Assembly (NCBI RefSeq): GCF_009914755.1
Contig: NC_060932.1
DNA: 64,000 nt
Origin: the human T2T-CHM13v2.0 reference genome, Homo sapiens
Strand: one strand, 5' to 3'
Every line of letters starts with the position of its first letter. Position 1 is the first letter of the stretch. Made by a program: the position numbers and the translations under genes. The notes below the pieces were generated by a model, which did not search any database, had not been told where the DNA came from, and worked only from the letters and a program-made list of their open reading frames with translations. Positions 56,620 to 64,000 of this stretch are shown piece by piece.

Positions 56620-59600
56620 GACATAGAACAAATTATATTATTTCAGATAAAGGCAAAATTATGAAATGAATCATAATGTTTTGGAATACAGACCTGTCCT
56701 TGTGTCTCATGAAAGCAGTTTACGTTGTCCCCTTTGCCCAGGTCTAAAGACGAGCCTTCAGTTAACTTGAGTTTTTGTCAGATACTGGTAGAAGTCAGTG
56801 CCATCTTTAGATATGTGTGTCCAGGAGTCAAAGCCCTACAACAGGTTATTAACTAAGCACAAGCATTGGTTAATAACTCTTGATAAGGACAGCTTCAAGG
56901 GGGCTGAGGGAATCCTTTAACTGATTTTTCTTCCAATATATAATTTTCAGGCTGGAGGTGGTGATACTGGACTTCATGGTCTGCCAGAAAGTTCTAGAAA
57001 GAGTCTATGACCTTGCAGAGATTAATTTCTATAGGCTTAATAAGCCCCAGCAATAAGACTAAATCAGAGACTAAATTTAAGATTTTGATTTTGAGGATAT
57101 TTCTCTAAGATGTTAAAAGGCTCAAAACATTTTATTAACATAAAATCACAGGTCATTGTAATAGTTATACACTTAACCAAGAGTAATAATCATAAAGACT
57201 TTAACAAGCAATAGAGAAAGTCACATGGAGGTAAAAACCTTAACCCTTTTAACTTTCAGTTTTTTTGCAATCATAAAGCTAATAAAGACAGTATAGGAAT
57301 TATCGTGAAAAAAACATAAAATCTTGGTTTTTTTTTAAGCCAGCTAATAAAAAGGCAGGGAAAACCTTCTGCAGTGAGACCGCTTCTTCTTACAGGAAGC
57401 CCATTTAGATAACCTGGAAGACAAACTTGAGGAAAGAAGTGCTTGAATGCAATCAGACACAGGAACAGTGTTTAAGGTTATGAGCATATGTGACCCTTAG
57501 GAACAGCATGAGAAGTTTTCTGATTACACTGAAAATTTAGACACAGCAAGAAAAGCCAAGAATATAAAATCAAGTTATACTAGAAGAAAACATTGCTTTT
57601 CTAGACCTTCAAGATAAAACTTTAGCATCAGGTCATTCCAACAGTTAAAACTGGAGGAAAAAAGGGGTGCAGGAGCTGACAAAAAATGCTGAAGGAGAAG
57701 GTCATCATCTCAGGCCTGCTCAAGGGGGAAAAAGCTGAAAGCAGTGAGACAGAAAAAATGGAATGTCGGAAATATGGATCTGAGAAGTTTAGAAGAGAAA
57801 CGGGGTATAAAATTGAAAGTAAAATTTCTTGTAACTTCATTCACAGCAAATCAGTACCTCAAGAAAACTTTGTTTTAACGTAGGCGACCAATTTTTAGAA
57901 AGACTGTTATAAATGGCTTCCTTTCAATTATAACCAACTTAATCATATACAAAATTCCTTTCATAAATTCCCCTTCACGAACTTTATCCCAGTGTACACA
58001 GACCATCTTAGATGTGCTTGGACTTTCTGCCTTGCCCTAACCTTCTCTCTTTCCTAAATAATCATTTAGTCATTAATGACTAATAACTAATAATAATAGT
58101 CATATTAATGGCTAATGACTAATAATCATTAGTCATTTTACTTTAGGACAAAAATTTACCACACAAGATCCTTTTTCATACATTATTTGCTATTCTTTAT
58201 AACCTTCCTTACCAAAAATACATCTTCATATCCATAACTTTTATTCACATCTCTCGCTCCCCTACTTACTGGCTCCTTTCTACCTTGCTTCATAAGTAAC
58301 TATTTTCAAGTTCATCATTTGAATTGACCTTTAGATAACTTCTGAATTAGACAAAATTATTTTTCTTCTCAATAAGACTAGTTCCTGGGAGGCTTTTGGC
58401 CTCCAATGCTGCCCAGAGACATGCTGAATTAAATAACCCAAAGAAAGAAAATCACCAGGAGAAGGAAAATGGCAGGCATAAACTTCAGAGCATGCAAGCT
58501 CAGGATGACGGGCATCACTAGTGAGGCACAGACAGCAAATATGCAGCCAATGAAGGGGACGAGGGAGACCCAGCAGGACATGCTGGCAAATATCCCTCTG
58601 AGTCTCAAATGGGCTTTCCACTGGGGTGGCACTGCAGCCCTGGGACCCGAAAGGCTGAAGAGCCCCATGTAACAGGATGGTGGCTGACCTGGAGGATCCC
58701 CGGCTCCAGGCTCCCCAGCAGACAGAACCCAAAGGATCCCACACCTCTGGGTGAGGTCCACTAACCCCTAGTCCCTAGGGGAACATAAAGGAGCATGAGC
58801 ATCCCTGTGTGTCCCAAGGCTTGGAAGGCTGAGCACATTGCATACAGGAAACCAGAGCGGGAAGGGAAGGGAAGGGACAGCTAAGCGCACTCGCTCATCC
58901 GTGAGTGGGAAAACTGAGGAAGCAAGAGATCCTGCACTGTTTGCCAGATGTTAGCACTTTATAGATAAGACCCTTCCACAATTCTAGAAACATGTTTCCC
59001 ATAGCATAAACTTTTCTTAATTGGAAATGACCCAGACATCCAACACGCAATCCAAGGAAAGCTGTGGACCAAAGTTTTGGTAAAGTAGTCTTTAAGGAAG
59101 TTTGGTTTAAAAAAAAAAAAAACCTTTTCATCATTTTTTTCTTCAGTTTTAAATGAGTTTTTAATGTATACATTTTAGCCAGAACTGGCTGAACTGTACA
59201 AGAAAAGACAATCTCCAGGTAGCCTTGAATTAGTAATACCAAAAACAGTGAGTCTCACCTCAACACCGTGAGATAAGCAGAGTTGCCACTCGGCAGCAGA
59301 TTAGTAACAGCAGATCCAAAGCAGGCAGAAAAGAACAGAGAGAAACACATAAAGAACATTAGAATCCGCCACTGGAAGGTGGAAACCTCTGGACCAGCCA
59401 TTTGGGGCTGCCCCAAGGCTGCAGTACAGCAAAGCAATGAGCTGGGAAATGATGAGAAGTAGAGCTTTCCCATCCCCAGCAGAGGGCACAAGGTGGATTA
59501 GTTCAGATCATGTACTGACAAACATCTTGCAAAGAGACTTCCATTGTTCCAGATATACCCCAGGGCATCTAACCTTGTGGGCTGAGCCTCTAACCTGAGT

Positions 59601-60266
59601 TTCTAGGCGAGCATCCTTGTCTAAGCATGACATAGGATGCCAAGAAGGACCCCATTTACCAGAGGTGGCCAACTGGTGCTGCAGACAAAACTTCCCCAGC
59701 ACATAGTCTCATCTTATGGTCCCTTAGTGCATCGCCAGAAAGATGTTGCTGGAAGAGGGTTTTTCAGTCTTGCACAGGAAGGAATTCAGGTGAGTCACAG
59801 AGTGCAGTGAGAAGAGATCATTTATTGAAAGCTACTCAGATGCAGAGTAGGGCATCCTCAGAAAACAAGAGGAGGAACGCATTGTCTTTGTTTTAAACTC
59901 CTCTCATGTAGGGGTCTTATCTATGTAAAAGCTAAGTTAAGTCTATGTGTGGGTGGGTTGACAGCGTGACAAAACTTATTACTTTGTTGATTTAAAGTAA
60001 ACTATCCTTGGGATTTTAGTGAGTAAGTACATCAAAGCATGATTCTAATTATTTTAAAAGCACATATTGTTATTAGATATTGGCGCATTTGGACATTTTG
60101 TTGCTGTAGGAGTTAGTCCTTGCAGGCATTACTAAACTCCCTCCTTAGCTGTCAACACCTGTGACCATGGGCTGTGACTGGCAAGGAATTGCCTTGCTTG
60201 TTTTAAAATGGAATTGGCTTTAAAATGGCGTCACTCTGGCTCTCCTACACTCCTGTTTCTCTAGTA
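56620..60266 (-). mobile_element. Older ERV1 internal region with its 5' LTR (LTR49-like, 59744-60266)
   Basis: LTR terminus tgttgctggaa; PBS-like TGGCGATGCACTAAGGGAC just inside; MER4-group-like AT-rich interior. Confidence 0.6.
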
Positions 60267-60350
60267 ATCCCATCAAAAGCAATGTACAAATTCAATGGGA
60301 TCCCTATCAAAATTTCAGTGGTATTTCTCACAGAAATAGAAGAAAGATCT

Positions 60351-60660
60351 GGCTGGACACGTTTGCTTACGCCTGTAATCCCAACAATTTGGGATGCCGA
60401 GGTGGGTGGATCACCTGAGGTGAAGAGTTCAAGACCAGCCTGGCCAACATGGCAAAATCCCAACTCTACTAAATACACAAAAGTTAGCCGGGCATGGTAG
60501 CACACGCCTGTAGTCTCAAGCTACTCAGGAGGCTGAGGTGGTAGAATCCCTTGAACCCGGGAAGCAGAGGTTGCAGTAAGCCAAGATTGTGCCACTGCAC
60601 TGCAGCCTGGGCAACAAAGTGAGACTCCATCCCTCCCCACCAAAAAAGAGAGAAAAGAAA
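60351..60660 (+). mobile_element. AluS-like element inserted into an L1 ORF2 fragment (~60275-60780)
   Basis: Alu consensus; flanking L1 motifs attcaatgggatccctatcaaaat...ggaggcatcacacttctgg. Confidence 0.85.
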
Positions 60661-62060
60661 AAAAATCCAAAATCGGCATGGAACCACACAAAAAAAAAAA
60701 AAATAGCCAAGGCAATTTTGAAAAAGAAAAACAACGGTGGAGGCATCACACTTCTGGATTTGAAACAATGTTATAAAGGTGTATAATATGGTTTGCCCTG
60801 CCTTTCTCTGGCAAAGACAGACTGTGAGGTCTACATGGCTAATTTCCAAGCAGCCACATGCCCTGCAGACATGAACTCCTAGCAGGGAGCTCAGAGGCCT
60901 GCTTGGCTTTAGCTGGGCTCCGAACACACAGCAGCCCTTGAAGGCTCCTCCCTCTGCTCTCCCTCTGCTCTCCTTCTGCCCCTCCCTCTCCTCTCCTTCT
61001 GCTATTGCCTCTGCTGCAGAAGCCACAGGCTCCCCTAACGTCCTCCTGCCCCCTGCTCTGGAATATACTCTCACCGTTTGATGGACTTTGCTGGGCTGCT
61101 CCTCCTCTTGGTAGAATGGTTCTCTGACATCAAGACATGAGAGGCATTTCTGGTTTGAAGGCTATCTGATGCTGTTTCCTGGTAAGGAAGTCGTAAGTTG
61201 CTATTGTCTTCCAGAGGCATTTGAGGAGCAGCTGCAACACACCAGAGGTCCCTGCTGGGTGGCAGTGCTGGCCTCTGCCAAGGGTTCCCAGGCAGCAAGT
61301 GTCCTGATAGCAGACATTCCTAACCACATCTGGACGACTGGCTCAGGAGGCCTGCATGAAGCTGCATGCACCACCTCTTGAAAATACATTCATGCTTTTA
61401 TTGGTTCAGGGACCCATTTGAATTCAGAATAGCAAGGGCGGTGTATTCCTCAATGGGGAATGTTGTGTCTCCAGATCTCTCATAGGTCCACATGGCTCTG
61501 CTTCTTGTTTAGCAAAGGGCTCAGTAAGAGATAATAATTTGCTTCTCTCTGTTTGAGGGACATTCCCGGTTATACTGGCACAGGCATTCCAGAGAAGTCC
61601 CCAGACCGGACTGGGCCTTGCATTTGGCCAGGCTCTGTTGGGTGTTTGGGCGAATACAGCCCAGTGCTACTCTGAGCAGGCCATCAGCATGACGGCATCC
61701 ACATCTCTACTAACTCACTCTCATGGTTAGCTAGTCCAAGTCCCGCCACTCCTCATGCCAGGAAATTCAAATATCCCTGTGCCAAATGGCACATGTTTAC
61801 CTAACCACATTCTCCTAAAGTTATGCCTGGCTGGACTGCAACAGTGGGTGGAAAAGAAGGAAATGTGCCTTTAGACCAATGGGGTGTACTACAGTATCCC
61901 ACCTGCAACCCTTACCTCCCGCTTGTTGAGTTACCTGGACAGTCTTTACAATATGAGGTATAGCTGAAGAAATGCAGCATACTGCACTGTTGAACCCTGC
62001 ACATCTGCTGTCAGCCTCCACAAATAATCTCTCAGACAGGATGGTTAAAAATAAAATCAA

Positions 62061-62371
<311 letters not shown>

Positions 62372-62549
62372 TCAATTCCTCCACTTCAGCCTTTTCCTTG
62401 AGAGTAGTGAGGTCTGGCGCCCTCCTGAAGTTGTGCAGGGCTCAACGTCGATTACAGAGGAAAGTCTGGACCATCCAGAATATTCCAACACAGCATTCAT
62501 GAATTAACCACAGAGGGAAGACTTTGTTCATATTCCTTGAAAAATTACT

Positions 62550-64000
62550 CCCAAGATCCATTGTAATGAGCCTTTTTGGCATCATATATGAACCATATAA
62601 CTTCTGGGTCATTGCCATGGCATTTGTAAATTGTCATGGTGCTGATGTGGTGTCTTATGAGAATGTATTATAATTAGCATATAATGAGCAATGAGGGCAA
62701 CTAGAAGTCACTTATGTCACCATCTTGGTCCTAGCTGGTTTGGGCCAGTTTCTTTGTTATATCCTGTTTTGATCACAGGGTCATGATCAAGGCTCGGAAA
62801 ACAAGTCCTGCTGATATCATACCTCACAACTATTTCGGGATTGGTCAGCAACTCAAATATTGTCTTCTGTTAAGCAATGTCTGTTAAACGGGAAAATGGA
62901 CGAGAGACATAAATAGAGAGATCACAGGAAAATGCAAATATCCACTAGCCATATCAAACATATCAAACCATATCAAGTGCTCAAGCTCACTTATAATTTA
63001 AAAATGCAAATTAAAAATACACCCGGATACTATTTTCATTTTCATCTGTCACATTGGTGAAAATCCAAAGAGTAAATAAGAGGACATTCTTTCTGACACC
63101 ACCATGAAAACAAGCACTCACTCCTCAATGACAAAATTGTCCAAAGACCAGATAGAGCAACTGGGCAATACTCATATAAACTGCAAATATATTTAACTTT
63201 TGTCCCTTGATCTCATTTCTGGAAAGCTGTGGTATAATGGTATATGTAAGGAATGACATTAGGGACAATTGCAGCGTCATGTATATGAAAGTTGACTTCA
63301 TAAATTGAGTTATTCTGGTCATACCCGACTAAGTCAAGGCAGAGGGCCAGAGGAAAACCACTCAGGCAGACAGCACCTGCTCCAAGAACCATCTGCAAGC
63401 CCAAGTGCTGAAACGCCTGCTGCAACTTTACAATCAGGTGCACCTAACAGCTGCTGGAACGACCTGCCGTGACTCAAAGACAAGGTCTACCTACTGTGTC
63501 ACTCACCCATCAGAGCCTGCCAGCTCCCCAAACCTCTACCAGGGCCCACAAGTTTTCTTTCTAAACAATAGGTAACATTTCTTAAATAAAACTCAACCTT
63601 CTCTTTGTTCGTCAGACACACCAAACACATTTCTGGTCTGTGTACGCCCAGAATTACAATTCTGTGATTCCTGAATAAAACGTTTAGAGATTCATCCTAT
63701 AATGTATTTGACTTTGACATGTGAGATATAAAAACACTGTGAACAACACAAATGTTCATTCAAGGAGGCTATTTAAATTAACTATGGTACATCCAGGCCA
63801 TGGAATATGATGCAACTTGTATTAGTCCTTTCTCCCATTGCTATAAAGAAATACCTGAGGCTGGGCAATTTATAAAGAGAAGAGGTTTAATTGTCTCACA
63901 GTTCCACAGGCTGTGCAGGAAGCATGGTGCTGGCTTCTGGGGAGGCCTCAGGAAACTTACAATCATGATGGAAGGCAAAGGGGAAGCGGGCACCTCTTAC
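62550..64000. mobile_element. Cluster of LTR/L1 fragments: MER51-like LTR part (~62550-62826, minus), L1M pieces, ERV1 LTR (~63130-63718), MST LTR (63818-end, minus)
   Basis: Recognisable LTR motifs; family assignments from memory. Confidence 0.55.

Overview
Human genomic DNA, recognisable as 8q24.3 from two genes. JRK (jerky, a domesticated pogo/Tigger CENP-B-like transposase) is on the minus strand: single-exon 568-aa CDS at 29896-31602, an alternative spliced 3' coding exon at 24399-24488 giving 556 aa, and a non-coding exon 1 in a CpG island at ~35.5 kb. PSCA (Ly6/uPAR GPI-anchored protein) is on the plus strand: 3 exons, 45979-47600, carrying the upstream-ATG allele that gives 123 aa. 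The rest is mostly nested retroelements: a full MER4A provirus with TSD containing a partly duplicated THE1A and Alus, a second MER4-type element with an env remnant, LTR8A/MER50/MST/MLT LTRs, and Alu, L1 and L2 fragments. There are also three minisatellites around PSCA. The most unusual signal is a ~161-bp inverted repeat in JRK intron 1 whose 10 transition differences all form G.U wobble pairs on the JRK-sense RNA. Next are several short locally templated insertions inside the ERVs. No prokaryotic-type system (CRISPR etc.) is present. Repeat family names and variant IDs are recalled, not searched.
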